64,000 bases of DNA from Escherichia coli (GTDB taxonomy: Bacteria > Pseudomonadota > Gammaproteobacteria > Enterobacterales > Enterobacteriaceae): the NCBI RefSeq assembly GCF_017348835.2, contig NZ_CP071375.1. One strand, written 5' to 3'. The position numbers and the translations under genes were made by a program. The notes beneath the pieces are model-generated. The model ran no database searches. It had not been told where the DNA came from and saw nothing but the letters and a program-made list of their open reading frames with translations. Each line of letters opens with the position of its first letter. The first letter of the stretch is position 1. This document shows positions 42,803 to 56,969 of the stretch, piece after piece.

Positions 42803-43435
42803 TTATTTCACCAGTTCGGGCCATAAACGCAAAGTCGTTCCGGCAATCTGCATCAGTTTTTCCAGCGATGCACCTTCGCGTGCGCTGATCGACATCCCCT
42901 GAATAATACAATTAAGGAATTCTGCCAGATGTGTCACGTCACAGTGGGTCGGGATTTCCCCGCGCGCTTGTCGTTGACATAAAAACTGCTGCAAAGTGCG
43001 CTCTTGCATCGCATGGCGTGATTTCAACGTATTGGCGATATCTCCTGAATCTGGGGAGAGGGTGGTGCAGTTGTTGATCATGAAGCAGCCTGCCGGGGTG
43101 TCTTTGCTGGTAAAGCAGTTGGCGATGGCAGCAAAATAGTCAGCCAGCGCAGACTCCACGCTTTTCTCTTCACAAAACAGCTGTGCTTCATGCTTAGCGG
43201 CAAAACGATCGATATAGCGGTCGAGAACGGCACGAAATAACCCCTCTTTGTTGGTAAATTCCGCGTATAGCGTGGGCGCTTTGGCTCCGGTCGCTTCGAC
43301 GAGGTCCGCAAGAGAAGTCGCTTCATAACCGTGTTGCCAGAACAATTTCATGGCCTTATCAAGCGCGGCATCCCTGTCGAACACTTTTGGGCGGCCACGG
43401 CTTTTTTTTACACATTGTGTTGAGTCAGTTGCCAT
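42803..43435 (-). CDS. comR: TetR-family repressor ComR (YcfQ)
   Basis: Start moved to ATG at 43435 (MATDSTQCVKKSRGRPK), TetR-type HTH, 210 aa. Confidence 0.85.
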   Translation of the reverse strand: MATDSTQCVKKSRGRPKVFDRDAALDKAMKLFWQHGYEATSLADLVEATGAKAPTLYAEFTNKEGLFRAVLDRYIDRFAAKHEAQLFCEEKSVESALADYFAAIANCFTSKDTPAGCFMINNCTTLSPDSGDIANTLKSRHAMQERTLQQFLCQRQARGEIPTHCDVTHLAEFLNCIIQGMSISAREGASLEKLMQIAGTTLRLWPELVK

Positions 43436-43589
43436 GATGCCGTTGTACCTGGTGACTGTGAATGAAAGGTTATTATAAAAATAATCACCTCCGTTCACCA
43501 GTCCAGATCCCATAAAAATAATTGCTTTCTATTTAACTGAAATTTAAAGATTTTTAAATTAATTAATGATTGTTATAAAAATATCTTGT

Positions 43590-43607
43590 ATGTGATCCAG
43601 ATCACAT
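43590..43607. promoter_or_regulatory. inverted repeat in comR-bhsA intergenic region (candidate ComR operator)
   Basis: ATGTGATC-CA-GATCACAT perfect 8-bp inverted repeat, 68 nt upstream of bhsA; operator role inferred. Confidence 0.45.
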
Positions 43608-43674
43608 CTATCATTTAGTTATCGATCGTTAAGTAATTGCTTGCGACGTCATTCATCTGCATAAGGCCACTATT

Positions 43675-43932
43675 ATGAAAAACGTAAAAACCCTCATCGC
43701 TGCGGCGATTTTAAGCTCCATGTCATTTGCCAGCTTTGCGGCTGTCGAAGTTCAGTCAACGCCAGAAGGCCAACAAAAAGTCGGTACAATCAGTGCTAAC
43801 GCGGGGACAAATCTGGGATCGCTGGAAGAGCAGCTGGCGCAAAAAGCGGATGAGATGGGCGCAAAATCTTTCCGTATTACTTCTGTAACCGGTCCGAATA
43901 CCCTCCATGGAACAGCAGTAATTTATAAATAA
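43675..43932 (+). CDS. bhsA: stress / biofilm protein BhsA (YcfR, DUF1471)
   Basis: 85-aa secreted protein ending TAVIYK, recognised as BhsA. Confidence 0.9.
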   Translation: MKNVKTLIAAAILSSMSFASFAAVEVQSTPEGQQKVGTISANAGTNLGSLEEQLAQKADEMGAKSFRITSVTGPNTLHGTAVIYK

Positions 43933-43971
43933 GCATTAACCCTCATTAATGCCTGCTACTGCTGATTTTTT

Positions 43972-44005
43972 CCCCGCGACATGCCGTGTCGCGGGGATTT
44001 TTTTT
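43972..44005 (+). terminator. rho-independent terminator after bhsA
   Basis: CCCCGCGACA-TGCCG-TGTCGCGGGG followed by ATTTTTTTTAT. Confidence 0.8.
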
Positions 44006-44014
44006 ATCCAGGAT

Positions 44015-44977
44015 TTACAGAGTTTGTGGGCTCACTTGATGACGGCGGACATCCACCGGCATCCCGGAACGGACATCCATCACATGTTGCATCACTTCAG
44101 CGTCAGTTTGTGCTGCATCTTTAAATGATTGCATTGCGCTATTCAGCGTAATTGGCAGCAACTGCGGATCGTCATCAATCTTCTCTGACAGCGGCTGATG
44201 TACTTCAACCAGACGTGCACCGTTTGGTTCGGCAGAGACTTTTTTCGGAGTGTTGATGATATTTACTTTGGTGCCTGGGGTGACCTGGCTAAAGAGTGTT
44301 TTGATATCGTCATCCCGCAGACGAATACAGCCAGAACTTACCCGCATGCCAATGCCGAAATCGGCGTTCGTACCGTGAAGCAAATAAACGCCACTATAGG
44401 CCGCCAGACGAATCGCATGATGGCCCATTGGGTTATCCGGTCCAGCCGGCACTACCGCAGGCAACTCAATTCCCTGTGCTTTATAACGGGCGCGGATGTT
44501 TGCCGTTGGCGTCCAGGTTGGGTTTGCACGTTTGTCTGAAACGGTGGTCACCATTGTCGGTGTCAGCGTGTCACCACCTAACTGACCAATACCTATTGGA
44601 TACACGGTTACCGAATTTTTACCCGGCGGGTAGTAATAGAGACGCAGCTCCGCAATGTTGATCACAATGCCTTCGCGCGGCGCGTCTGGAAGTAGGGTTT
44701 GCAACGGGATCGTTAACACGCTGCCCGCGCGCGGTACGTAAGGATCAACGCCGGGGTTAGCCTGTAACAGAGCGAGAAAGCCGACGTTATATTTTTTGGC
44801 GATGGCTTCCAGAGAACCACCGTCATTTTCCACCACATGAAATTTGTTTTCGCCAACCAGACGACTGCCCGCTGGCGGCAGCGGCCAGGTGTTGGCTTTT
44901 GCCGGTAGCGCCAGCGCCACGGCAGCGGCGAACGTAAAAAACGTTAGCCAGCGAGAAAAACGCGTTTTGATCATCAC
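44015..44977 (-). CDS. ldtC: L,D-transpeptidase LdtC (YcfS)
   Basis: YkuD domain with catalytic SSGCIRL; start at GTG 44977 (second codon of the listed ORF), 320 aa. Confidence 0.88.
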   Translation of the reverse strand: MMIKTRFSRWLTFFTFAAAVALALPAKANTWPLPPAGSRLVGENKFHVVENDGGSLEAIAKKYNVGFLALLQANPGVDPYVPRAGSVLTIPLQTLLPDAPREGIVINIAELRLYYYPPGKNSVTVYPIGIGQLGGDTLTPTMVTTVSDKRANPTWTPTANIRARYKAQGIELPAVVPAGPDNPMGHHAIRLAAYSGVYLLHGTNADFGIGMRVSSGCIRLRDDDIKTLFSQVTPGTKVNIINTPKKVSAEPNGARLVEVHQPLSEKIDDDPQLLPITLNSAMQSFKDAAQTDAEVMQHVMDVRSGMPVDVRRHQVSPQTL

Positions 44978-45120
44978 CAAAAATCCATAATAAATATAAG
45001 GTTATTGTAATAAACAGATAAGCCTGAATTATGGATGGTGACAGTGTCGGATAGTGCAGGGAAGTGCAAAGAATTTGTAAATGTTGCAGATGGGGGCGCA
45101 GAAACGCCCCCGATTTACCA

Positions 45121-48100
45121 TTAAGCGATCGCGTTTTCTTCCAGTTCACGCATAAACTGGCGTACCCATTCGATACGCGTTTTCCGCTCACTCAAATCCT
45201 GAATAAATTTCAGGCGCGTCGGACCATCAAGGCGGTAATGCTGCGGCTGTTTTTGCAGCAAACCAATCAACCAGGCCGGATTAACGTGATTCTTCTCGGC
45301 AAATTCGATCACCCCGCCTTTCTCATTACCTTCCAGCTTCCTGATCCCCAGTTTCTGCGCTTGCTGGCGTAGACGGGCAATATCCAGCAGGGTACGCGCC
45401 GGATCCGGCAGCAGGCCGAAGCGATCGATAAGCTCGACTTTGATCTCTTCCAGTTCGTTTTCCGTTTTGGCGCTGGCAATACGTTTATAGAACGACAAAC
45501 GCGTGTTCACGTCAGGAATGAAATCATCTGGCAATAGCGACGGCATCCGCAGCTCGACTTCTGTTTGCTGGCTGGTGAGATCTTCCAGCGACGGCTCGCG
45601 TCCGGCTTTCAGTGCATCGACGGCGTTTTCCAGCAACTCCATATACAGCGAGAAACCGATGGTTTCCATTGAGCCGCTTTGTTCTTCGCCAAGCAGTTCA
45701 CCCGCGCCGCGAATCTCCAGATCGTGCGTTGCCAGCGCAAAACCTGCCCCGAGATCTTCCAGCGAGGCAATTGCTTCAAGACGTTTTTGTGCATCGGTAG
45801 TCATCGCTTTTGGATGCGGTGTCAGCAACCATGCATATGCCTGATGATGCGAACGTCCGACGCGACCGCGTAACTGATGCAGCTGCGCCAGACCGAAGTG
45901 ATCCGCGCGTTCAATGATAATGGTGTTGGCTGTCGGGATGTCGATCCCGGTTTCGATAATGGTTGTACAAACCAGCACGTTGAAACGTTGATGATGGAAA
46001 TCATTCATTACCCGTTCCAGTTCGCGCTCGCGCATCTGCCCGTGACCGATGGCGATCCGCGCTTCTGGCACCAGTTCTGCCAGCCGTTCGGCGGCTTTCT
46101 GAATGTTTTCCACATCATTGTAGAGATAATAAACCTGTCCTCCGCGCAAAATTTCACGCAGGATCGCCTCCCGGACCACCAGGCTGTCATACTCACGGAC
46201 AAAGGTTTTAACTGCCAGACGACGGGCGGGCGGCGTGGCGATAATCGACAGGTCACGCATTCCGCTCATTGCCATATTCAGCGTACGTGGGATCGGCGTT
46301 GCAGTAAGCGTCAGAATATCCACGTTCGCGCGCATCGCTTTAATGCGCTCTTTATGACGCACCCCGAAGCGGTGTTCTTCATCGACAATCAGCAGGCCTA
46401 AATCTTTAAACTTGACGTCACTTTGCAGCAGTTTGTGCGTACCGATCAGAATATCGATTTTCCCTTCCGCCACTTCCGCAAGGATTTGCGTCTGCTCTTT
46501 GGCGCTGCGGAAACGGGAGATCATTTCGATACGTACCGGCCAGTTGGCGAAACGGTCGCGGAAGTTGTCGTAATGCTGCTGCGCGAGAAGGGTGGTAGGC
46601 ACCAGCACCGCCACCTGCTTGTGGTTATCTACTGCCAGGAAAGCGGCGCGCATCGCCACTTCTGTTTTACCAAAGCCAACATCGCCGCACACCAGACGAT
46701 CCATTGCCAGCGGCTGACACATGTCGCTAAGTACCGCATTAATGGCCTGCGCCTGATCCGGCGTGGTTTCAAACGGGAAGCTGTCGCAGAACAACTGATA
46801 CTGCTCACGATCGTGTTTAAACGCGAAGCCCTCTTTGGCGGCGCGTTGCGCGTAGATATCCAGCAATTCCGCCGCCACATCACGCACTTTTTCCGCCGCT
46901 TTCTGCCGCGCGCGTGACCACGCATCGCCGCCAAGTTTATGCAGCGGGGCGTTTTCTTCCGCGCCACCTGCGTAACGGCTAATCAGATGCAGTGACGACA
47001 CCGGAACATACAGTTTGGCGTCGTTGGCATAGGTGAGCATCAGGTACTCGCCAGTAATGCCGCCAGCTTCCAGCGTGGTCATTCCGGCATAGCGACCGAC
47101 GCCGTGCTCCAGATGGACCACCGGCTGGCCAATATGCAGCTCTGCGAGGTTGCGGATCAGTGTATCGGGGTTGATGGTGCGGCGAGAATCCTGACGACGG
47201 CGGGCAACACGTTCACCGAGCAGATCGCTTTCGCAAATCAGCGCCAGGTTACGCACCGTATCGACAAAACCATGTTCGGCAGCGCCAATCATCAGATAAC
47301 GCCCACGGTCGCTGGCTTCATCAAGACGCATAATGCGTTGCGGAGCAATTTTAATTCGTGCGAGCAGTTCACCCAGCGCTTCACGGCGACCTTCACTTTC
47401 TACCGAGAACACCACCGGACCATCGAAAGACTCGAGGAACTTACGCAGCGCATCCAGCGGCGCTTTTTGCTGCGCCTGAACGGCCAGGTCTGGCAGTTTC
47501 TGGAAACCTAAATTGGCATTCGCGGCTTTTGTCGGTAAATGTTCAGTTTTTAGCTGCACTCGGGGCCAGTTTTTCAGCTCTGAGAAGAGCTCGTCCACCC
47601 GCAGCCAGAGCGATTGTGGTGGCAACAGTGGGCGCATCGGATCGACGCCGCGATTCTCAAAACGCGCCAGCGTGTCAGCCTGGAAACGTTCGGCACTGTT
47701 TTCCAGATCGCCAGTATTCACGAGCAAGGTATTGGCAGGGAAATAACTGAACAGCGGCGGCAGTGGTTCGCTGAAAAACAATGGCTGCCAGTACTCGATC
47801 CCGGCAGGTAATGTGCCTTTACTCACTTGCTGGTAAATATGTTCCGGATCGCGCTTCACTTCGAAGGTATCGCGCCACTGGCTGCGGAACAGTTCAATTG
47901 CCGTTTTATCGGTCGGAAATTCGTGCGCGGGCAGCAGATTGATCGCTTCTACTTCCTCCAGCGTGCGCTGGCTGTCGACGTCAAACACCCGCAGGCTGTC
48001 GATTTCATCATCAAAGAAATCAAGACGATAAGGCAGCTCACTCCCCATCGGGAAGAGATCCAGCAACGCGCCGCGCGTGGCGTATTCGCCGTGCTCCATC

Positions 48101-48567
48101 ACCTGGTCAACATGGCGATAACCGGCGCTGTCCAGTTGGGTTCGTAATGCATCTCGTGACAGGCGCTGACCTTTTTTCATCACCAGCGCATGACCGTGGA
48201 GAAAACTGTGTGGGCAAACGCGCTGCATAAGCGTATTCACCGGAACAATCAGTACGCCACGCTGCATCGTCGGTAGCTGGTAAAGGGTGGAAAGGCGCGA
48301 GGAGATAATGTCCTGATGAGGCGAAAAACTGTCGTAAGGGAGGGTTTCCCAGTCCGCCAGATTCATCACCATCTGATCGGTGAACTGGCTGATTTCATCA
48401 TGCAAACGCAGAGCATTTTGCATATCTGGTGCAATGAGTACCACCGGACCGGCGTGAAGTTCGGCAATTTCCGCCACCAGCGTCGCGCAGGCAGCGCCGG
48501 TTAGCTCGCCCAGCAGACGCTGCTCACCCGCTTTGACGGGCAGCGTATAACGATATTGTTCAGGCAT
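45121..48567 (-). CDS. mfd: transcription-repair coupling factor
   Basis: Helicase motifs GDVGFGKTEVA and DEEHRFG; start moved to ATG at 48567 (MPEQYRYTLPVKAGEQ), 1148 aa. Confidence 0.94.
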   Translation of the reverse strand: MPEQYRYTLPVKAGEQRLLGELTGAACATLVAEIAELHAGPVVLIAPDMQNALRLHDEISQFTDQMVMNLADWETLPYDSFSPHQDIISSRLSTLYQLPTMQRGVLIVPVNTLMQRVCPHSFLHGHALVMKKGQRLSRDALRTQLDSAGYRHVDQVMEHGEYATRGALLDLFPMGSELPYRLDFFDDEIDSLRVFDVDSQRTLEEVEAINLLPAHEFPTDKTAIELFRSQWRDTFEVKRDPEHIYQQVSKGTLPAGIEYWQPLFFSEPLPPLFSYFPANTLLVNTGDLENSAERFQADTLARFENRGVDPMRPLLPPQSLWLRVDELFSELKNWPRVQLKTEHLPTKAANANLGFQKLPDLAVQAQQKAPLDALRKFLESFDGPVVFSVESEGRREALGELLARIKIAPQRIMRLDEASDRGRYLMIGAAEHGFVDTVRNLALICESDLLGERVARRRQDSRRTINPDTLIRNLAELHIGQPVVHLEHGVGRYAGMTTLEAGGITGEYLMLTYANDAKLYVPVSSLHLISRYAGGAEENAPLHKLGGDAWSRARQKAAEKVRDVAAELLDIYAQRAAKEGFAFKHDREQYQLFCDSFPFETTPDQAQAINAVLSDMCQPLAMDRLVCGDVGFGKTEVAMRAAFLAVDNHKQVAVLVPTTLLAQQHYDNFRDRFANWPVRIEMISRFRSAKEQTQILAEVAEGKIDILIGTHKLLQSDVKFKDLGLLIVDEEHRFGVRHKERIKAMRANVDILTLTATPIPRTLNMAMSGMRDLSIIATPPARRLAVKTFVREYDSLVVREAILREILRGGQVYYLYNDVENIQKAAERLAELVPEARIAIGHGQMRERELERVMNDFHHQRFNVLVCTTIIETGIDIPTANTIIIERADHFGLAQLHQLRGRVGRSHHQAYAWLLTPHPKAMTTDAQKRLEAIASLEDLGAGFALATHDLEIRGAGELLGEEQSGSMETIGFSLYMELLENAVDALKAGREPSLEDLTSQQTEVELRMPSLLPDDFIPDVNTRLSFYKRIASAKTENELEEIKVELIDRFGLLPDPARTLLDIARLRQQAQKLGIRKLEGNEKGGVIEFAEKNHVNPAWLIGLLQKQPQHYRLDGPTRLKFIQDLSERKTRIEWVRQFMRELEENAIA

Positions 48568-48694
48568 AACGGTTGTCAGATTCTCGTTAGGATATGCCTC
48601 AACATATGGGGGCATATCTCTGATAAGCAATGCTGTTCATTATCCGTAATCGACATGGTTTAGCAAATTGAATCGCCCCGGCTGGGGCGATGGC

Positions 48695-49768
48695 TTAGCG
48701 GGAGTAACTGACGGCAGCGGGCAGTGAAGGCGGGGAGAACAACAGATCGCTGAATGCACGCTGTGAAAGTTTTCTTACCAGCAAGCCCGCAACAGTACAG
48801 ATGAACAAACTGACAAAGGGATAAACCAGCAGGAGTGTCAGTTCGACTTGCGGCGACCAGCGTGCTGCGTTCATTTTCGCAAGCAGAGTTAAGCTGAATA
48901 TTTCAACCAGAATGCGATGGGTGGTGTAGATAGCAATGGTGTTGGAGCCAATCACATTCAGCAGGCTGGTGGAGCGCATACCGAATCGTTGCTCGTATTG
49001 ATAAAACAGCTTCATGATCACCACAATCGATACCAGCGACAACAGCAGCGAGATAGTAAATAACCAGGCACCGACCGCCAGAACGGTAAGCAAAGAAGCC
49101 ATCAGCAGATGGCGGCGCAACGGCACCTCTTTAACACAGGTCATTATTGTTGCGCCAAACCATGCGCCAAGGCTGTAATAAGGCAAATTGCGGATCACAC
49201 TGTTCATTCCCCACCACGGCGTGGGAACGAAATTAACCGCCACACTCAGCAGTACAAACAAGGCGAATAGTGGCAGCGCCAGACGGCTAAAAATTTTACA
49301 TACCACGAAATAGACAATTAACGCATACAGATACCACAAGCTGGTGCTGGCGGTGATCATCCCGTGCAGGAACTCACCGGTGGAATCGGCATACGCGGCA
49401 TTGGAAGCGTTGCTTAAATCGCGCTCAGGTGCCAGCCACTGGTTCAGCGCACTTAACGCCAGCCACTGCACCACGCCCCAAAGCGCCAGCACCCAGAAGA
49501 TGTTCCAGATGCGTTTATCGAGACAATTTCCCCACGGTACGCTGTCGATATAGCGGCGAATCAAATAGCCGGAAATAAAGAAAAAAACCGGCATACGAAA
49601 GGGGGCAAGGTAAAGATTGAAATAGATCCAGCATTTGCTCAGGACTTCCGATAACGGATGCTGAAAAGTGGTCATATGCGGATAAAAGGTAATGACCGAG
49701 TGATAAATCACGACCAGACAAATACATAACCCTTTGATCTGGTTAATCCATAGCTCTTTTTGTTTCAT
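48695..49768 (-). CDS. ycfT: inner-membrane acyltransferase-family protein YcfT
   Basis: 357-aa polytopic membrane protein recognised as YcfT. Confidence 0.85.
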   Translation of the reverse strand: MKQKELWINQIKGLCICLVVIYHSVITFYPHMTTFQHPLSEVLSKCWIYFNLYLAPFRMPVFFFISGYLIRRYIDSVPWGNCLDKRIWNIFWVLALWGVVQWLALSALNQWLAPERDLSNASNAAYADSTGEFLHGMITASTSLWYLYALIVYFVVCKIFSRLALPLFALFVLLSVAVNFVPTPWWGMNSVIRNLPYYSLGAWFGATIMTCVKEVPLRRHLLMASLLTVLAVGAWLFTISLLLSLVSIVVIMKLFYQYEQRFGMRSTSLLNVIGSNTIAIYTTHRILVEIFSLTLLAKMNAARWSPQVELTLLLVYPFVSLFICTVAGLLVRKLSQRAFSDLLFSPPSLPAAVSYSR

Positions 49769-49918
49769 CAGGACAACACGCTCTTTTTTAATTTACATGC
49801 GGTTGATCCTGCGGGTTATGACCCGAGGTGTAATGGGTATCTGTCTGTATTGGATGATTTTTCAGATTAAGATCAGGCGGCAAGATTGATGATAAAACAT
49901 GGCAATTTAGCCGATTGA

Positions 49919-53167
<3,249 letters not shown>

Positions 53168-53195
53168 AGGCAGTACATTAAAACAAGGAGCGGCA

Positions 53196-54107
53196 ATGTA
53201 TTACGGGTTTGATATTGGTGGAACAAAAATTGCGCTTGGCGTGTTTGATAGCGGTCGGCAGTTGCAGTGGGAAAAGCGGGTGCCGACACCGCGTGACAGC
53301 TATGACGCATTTATAGATGCAGTGTGTGAGCTGGTAGCTGAAGCTGACCAACGTTTTGGCTGTAAAGGTTCTGTCGGCATCGGTATTCCGGGAATGCCGG
53401 AAACAGAAGATGGTACGCTGTATGCCGCCAATGTCCCCGCTGCCAGCGGTAAACCGCTGCGTGCCGACCTGAGCGCACGTCTTGATCGCGATGTACGCCT
53501 TGATAACGATGCCAACTGTTTTGCCCTTTCAGAAGCCTGGGATGATGAATTTACTCAATATCCACTGGTGATGGGGTTGATTCTCGGCACCGGCGTTGGC
53601 GGCGGGCTGATTTTCAACGGCAAACCGATTACCGGTAAAAGCTACATTACCGGCGAGTTTGGCCATATGCGTCTGCCGGTTGATGCGTTAACCATGATGG
53701 GGTTGGATTTCCCGTTACGCCGCTGCGGCTGTGGTCAGCATGGCTGCATTGAAAATTATCTGTCTGGTCGCGGTTTTGCGTGGCTGTATCAACACTATTA
53801 TCATCAACCGTTGCAGGCTCCCGAAATTATTGCGCTTTATGATCAAGGCGATGAGCAGGCAAGGGCGCACGTTGAGCGTTATCTGGATTTATTAGCGGTT
53901 TGTCTGGGAAATATCCTGACCATTGTTGACCCTGACCTGGTCGTCATTGGTGGTGGCTTATCGAATTTCCCGGCAATCACAACGCAACTGGCGGACAGGC
54001 TGCCTCGTCATCTCTTACCTGTAGCTCGTGTTCCGCGCATTGAACGCGCGCGCCACGGTGATGCGGGAGGAATGCGTGGTGCAGCCTTCCTACATCTAAC
54101 CGATTAA
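53196..54107 (+). CDS. nagK: N-acetyl-D-glucosamine kinase
   Basis: ROK-family kinase; start moved to ATG 53196 ([15 protein letters not shown]), 303 aa. Confidence 0.9.
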   Translation: MYYGFDIGGTKIALGVFDSGRQLQWEKRVPTPRDSYDAFIDAVCELVAEADQRFGCKGSVGIGIPGMPETEDGTLYAANVPAASGKPLRADLSARLDRDVRLDNDANCFALSEAWDDEFTQYPLVMGLILGTGVGGGLIFNGKPITGKSYITGEFGHMRLPVDALTMMGLDFPLRRCGCGQHGCIENYLSGRGFAWLYQHYYHQPLQAPEIIALYDQGDEQARAHVERYLDLLAVCLGNILTIVDPDLVVIGGGLSNFPAITTQLADRLPRHLLPVARVPRIERARHGDAGGMRGAAFLHLTD

Positions 54108-54122
54108 ACAACAGAGGTTGCT

Positions 54123-54944
54123 ATGCTGTCGCGTCGGGGTCATCGGTTAAGTCGTTTTCGTAAAAATAAACGCCGCCTGCGCGAGCGTTTGCGTCAGCGT
54201 ATTTTTTTCAGAGATAAAGTGGTGCCGGAAGCAATGGAAAAACCAAGAGTACTCGTACTGACAGGGGCAGGAATTTCTGCGGAATCAGGTATTCGTACCT
54301 TTCGCGCCGCAGATGGCCTGTGGGAAGAACATCGGGTTGAAGATGTGGCAACGCCGGAAGGTTTCGATCGCGATCCTGAACTGGTGCAAGCGTTTTATAA
54401 CGCCCGTCGTCGACAGCTGCAGCAGCCAGAAATTCAGCCTAACGCCGCGCATCTTGCGCTGGCTAAACTGCAAGATGCTCTCGGCGATCGCTTTTTGCTG
54501 GTGACGCAGAATATAGACAACCTGCATGAACGCGCAGGTAATACCAATGTCATTCATATGCATGGGGAACTGCTGAAAGTTCGTTGTTCACAAAGTGGTC
54601 AGGTTCTCGACTGGACCGGAGACGTTACCCCAGAAGATAAATGCCATTGCTGCCAGTTCCCGGCACCCTTGCGCCCGCACGTAGTGTGGTTTGGCGAAAT
54701 GCCACTCGGCATGGATGAAATTTATATGGCGTTGTCGATGGCCGATATTTTCATTGCCATTGGTACTTCGGGGCATGTTTATCCGGCGGCTGGGTTTGTT
54801 CACGAAGCGAAACTGCATGGCGCGCACACCGTGGAGCTGAATCTTGAACCAAGTCAGGTCGGTAATGAATTTGCCGAGAAATATTACGGCCCGGCAAGCC
54901 AGGTGGTGCCAGAATTTGTTGAAAAGTTGCTGAAGGGATTATAA
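54123..54944 (+). CDS. cobB: NAD-dependent protein deacylase (sirtuin) CobB
   Basis: Sirtuin motifs [14 protein letters not shown] and HGEL; long isoform listed, an internal Met (MEKPRVLVL) would give the short isoform. Confidence 0.9.
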   Translation: MLSRRGHRLSRFRKNKRRLRERLRQRIFFRDKVVPEAMEKPRVLVLTGAGISAESGIRTFRAADGLWEEHRVEDVATPEGFDRDPELVQAFYNARRRQLQQPEIQPNAAHLALAKLQDALGDRFLLVTQNIDNLHERAGNTNVIHMHGELLKVRCSQSGQVLDWTGDVTPEDKCHCCQFPAPLRPHVVWFGEMPLGMDEIYMALSMADIFIAIGTSGHVYPAAGFVHEAKLHGAHTVELNLEPSQVGNEFAEKYYGPASQVVPEFVEKLLKGL

Positions 54945-54957
54945 AGCAGGAAGCATT

Positions 54958-54988
54958 GCCTGATGCGCTACGCTTATCAGGCCTACAA
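54958..54988. repeat. REP element
   Basis: GCCTGATGCGCTACGCTTATCAGGCCTAC between cobB and potD. Confidence 0.75.
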
Positions 54989-55099
54989 GCGGACCACAAT
55001 ACCAACGAAAGAGCGGGATAAAACTTTACTGTCCTGACTCATTAGCCACATCCTTGCTAACTAAAAAACGGGCGGTAATACCACCGCCCGCTTGCTGAA

Positions 55100-56146
55100 T
55101 TAACGTCCTGCTTTCAGCTTCTGATAATACTCTTCATAAATGCTGCTGGCTGCGCCAACGTCATTCTGCCATTCGCCATTTTTAATGGTTTCAGCATCCG
55201 GGTAGAGCGTCTTATCGTTCGCCACTTCTGGACTTAACAGCTTACGCGCCGCAAGGTTTGGCGTTGGATAACCGATAGTTTCAGCAACCTGTTTTGCCAC
55301 ATCCGGGCGCAGCAGGAAGTTGATCAATTTCAGCGCGCCTTCTTTGTTTTTGGCATTTGCCGGGATCGCCAGGCTGTCCATCCAGAATATGCCGCCTTCT
55401 TTCGGCCACACCACGTCAATAGGCGTACCCGCCTGGCGTGCAACGAAAGCAGAACCGTTCCAGATCATGCCGAGGTTAACTTCGCCTTCCATGTACGGGT
55501 TAGCCGGGTTATCGGAGTTAAACGCTGCGACGTTTGGCATCAGTTTTTTCAGCTCGTTATATGCAGCTTCAATCTCTTTCGGATCGGTGGTGTTACCGGA
55601 GTAGCCCAGCTTACGTAGCGCCATCTGGAACACTTCACGGGCATCGTCGGTCAGCAGCAGGCTGCCTTTGTACTCAGGCTTCCACAAATCGGCCCAGCTG
55701 GTGACAGATTTCGGATCCACCGCATCACCGTTAACGCCAATCGCCGTCGCACCCCAGATATACGGAATGGAGTAATCGTTATTCGGGTCAAACGGCTTAT
55801 TGAGCATGTCTGGATCGAGATTGCTGAAGTTCGTTAACTTCGACTTGTCGATCTTCTGGATCATCCCTTCTTTACGCATTTTATCGACGTAATAGGTTGA
55901 AGGAACCACCAGGTCATAGGCACCGTCTTTGTACGTTTTCAGCTTGGCATACATGGTTTCGTTCGACTCGTAAGTCGAATAGATAACCTTAATACCGGTT
56001 TCTTTGGTGAACTGTTCAAGCAGTCCTGGCGGCACGTACTCGGTCCAGTTGTAGAAATACAGCGTGTTGTTGTCATCGGCGTGAGCGGCGCTCATGCCCA
56101 GTGCCAGAGCACCCGCCGCGAGCAGGTGGCGTGACCATTTTTTCAT
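55100..56146 (-). CDS. potD: spermidine/putrescine ABC transporter periplasmic binding protein
   Basis: 348-aa ORF with signal peptide, recognised as PotD. Confidence 0.94.
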   Translation of the reverse strand: MKKWSRHLLAAGALALGMSAAHADDNNTLYFYNWTEYVPPGLLEQFTKETGIKVIYSTYESNETMYAKLKTYKDGAYDLVVPSTYYVDKMRKEGMIQKIDKSKLTNFSNLDPDMLNKPFDPNNDYSIPYIWGATAIGVNGDAVDPKSVTSWADLWKPEYKGSLLLTDDAREVFQMALRKLGYSGNTTDPKEIEAAYNELKKLMPNVAAFNSDNPANPYMEGEVNLGMIWNGSAFVARQAGTPIDVVWPKEGGIFWMDSLAIPANAKNKEGALKLINFLLRPDVAKQVAETIGYPTPNLAARKLLSPEVANDKTLYPDAETIKNGEWQNDVGAASSIYEEYYQKLKAGR

Positions 56147-56937
56147 TTAACGTCCCCTGTGTTACCTTTCGTTTTATCACGAGCAATAAGCTGGCTGGCA
56201 ATAACCATCACCAGCGACAGCACCAGTAATATGGTTGCCAGCGCGTTAACTTCCGGCGATACGCCGACTTTGACCATCGAATAAATTTTTAACGGCAGAA
56301 TTTCATAACTCGGCCCAGTGACGAACGAAGAAACAACCACATCGTCCATCGACAGGGTAAAGCTTAACACCCAGCCCGCCGCCACCGCTGGCATTGCCAG
56401 TGGCAGAATGATTTTTCGCAGAATGGTAAATTCGCTGGCACCGAGATCTTTCGCCGCTTCCAGCATTCGCACGTCAAAACCTTTCAGGCGCGAATACACC
56501 GTCACCACCACAAATGGCAGGCAGAAGGTGATATGCGAGAACAGCAGCGACCAGAAGCCAAGCTGAATACCCAGCAGCATAAACAGCACCAGCAGCGAAA
56601 TTGCCATCACGATATCTGGTGACATCATTACCACAAACAGCATTCCGCTAACGAACGGCTTACCACGAAAGCGATAACGGTACAGTGCAACTGCCGTCAG
56701 TGAACCGATAAGCGTAGCAAACGTCGCTGAAAACACCGCCATCGTCAATGAATGCTGAGCTGCCTGCAACAGACTGTCGTTGTTCATCAGCAGGCTATAC
56801 CATTTAGTGGTAAAACCCTGCCAGTTGATGCCAAAGCGCGAGCTGTTGAAAGAGTTCACAATCAAAATAATGATTGGAATATACAGGTACGCGTAGATAG
56901 CGGTCATAAAACCGCCGCGAAGCAGTCGACCGATCAT
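56143..56937 (-). CDS. potC: spermidine/putrescine ABC transporter permease
   Basis: 264-aa ORF recognised as PotC; 4-nt overlap with potD. Confidence 0.94.
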   Translation of the reverse strand: MIGRLLRGGFMTAIYAYLYIPIIILIVNSFNSSRFGINWQGFTTKWYSLLMNNDSLLQAAQHSLTMAVFSATFATLIGSLTAVALYRYRFRGKPFVSGMLFVVMMSPDIVMAISLLVLFMLLGIQLGFWSLLFSHITFCLPFVVVTVYSRLKGFDVRMLEAAKDLGASEFTILRKIILPLAMPAVAAGWVLSFTLSMDDVVVSSFVTGPSYEILPLKIYSMVKVGVSPEVNALATILLVLSLVMVIASQLIARDKTKGNTGDVK

Positions 56938-56969
56938 TCGAGTTCCACCTTTTTATTCATAAGGCGGGA
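56934..56969 (-). pseudogene. potB: 3'-terminal remnant of potB, cut off by the prophage junction
   Basis: Minus-strand frame ending in TGA that overlaps the potC ATG (ATGA) encodes ...SRLMNKKVELE; this matches my recollection of the PotB C-terminus, and the frame is open for only 37 codons (to 57047) with no membrane-permease body upstream. Confidence 0.45.

Noticed and set aside
45503-46917. Several 60-170-aa plus-strand ORFs
   Set aside because: All are embedded antisense within mfd; none has a plausible start context.
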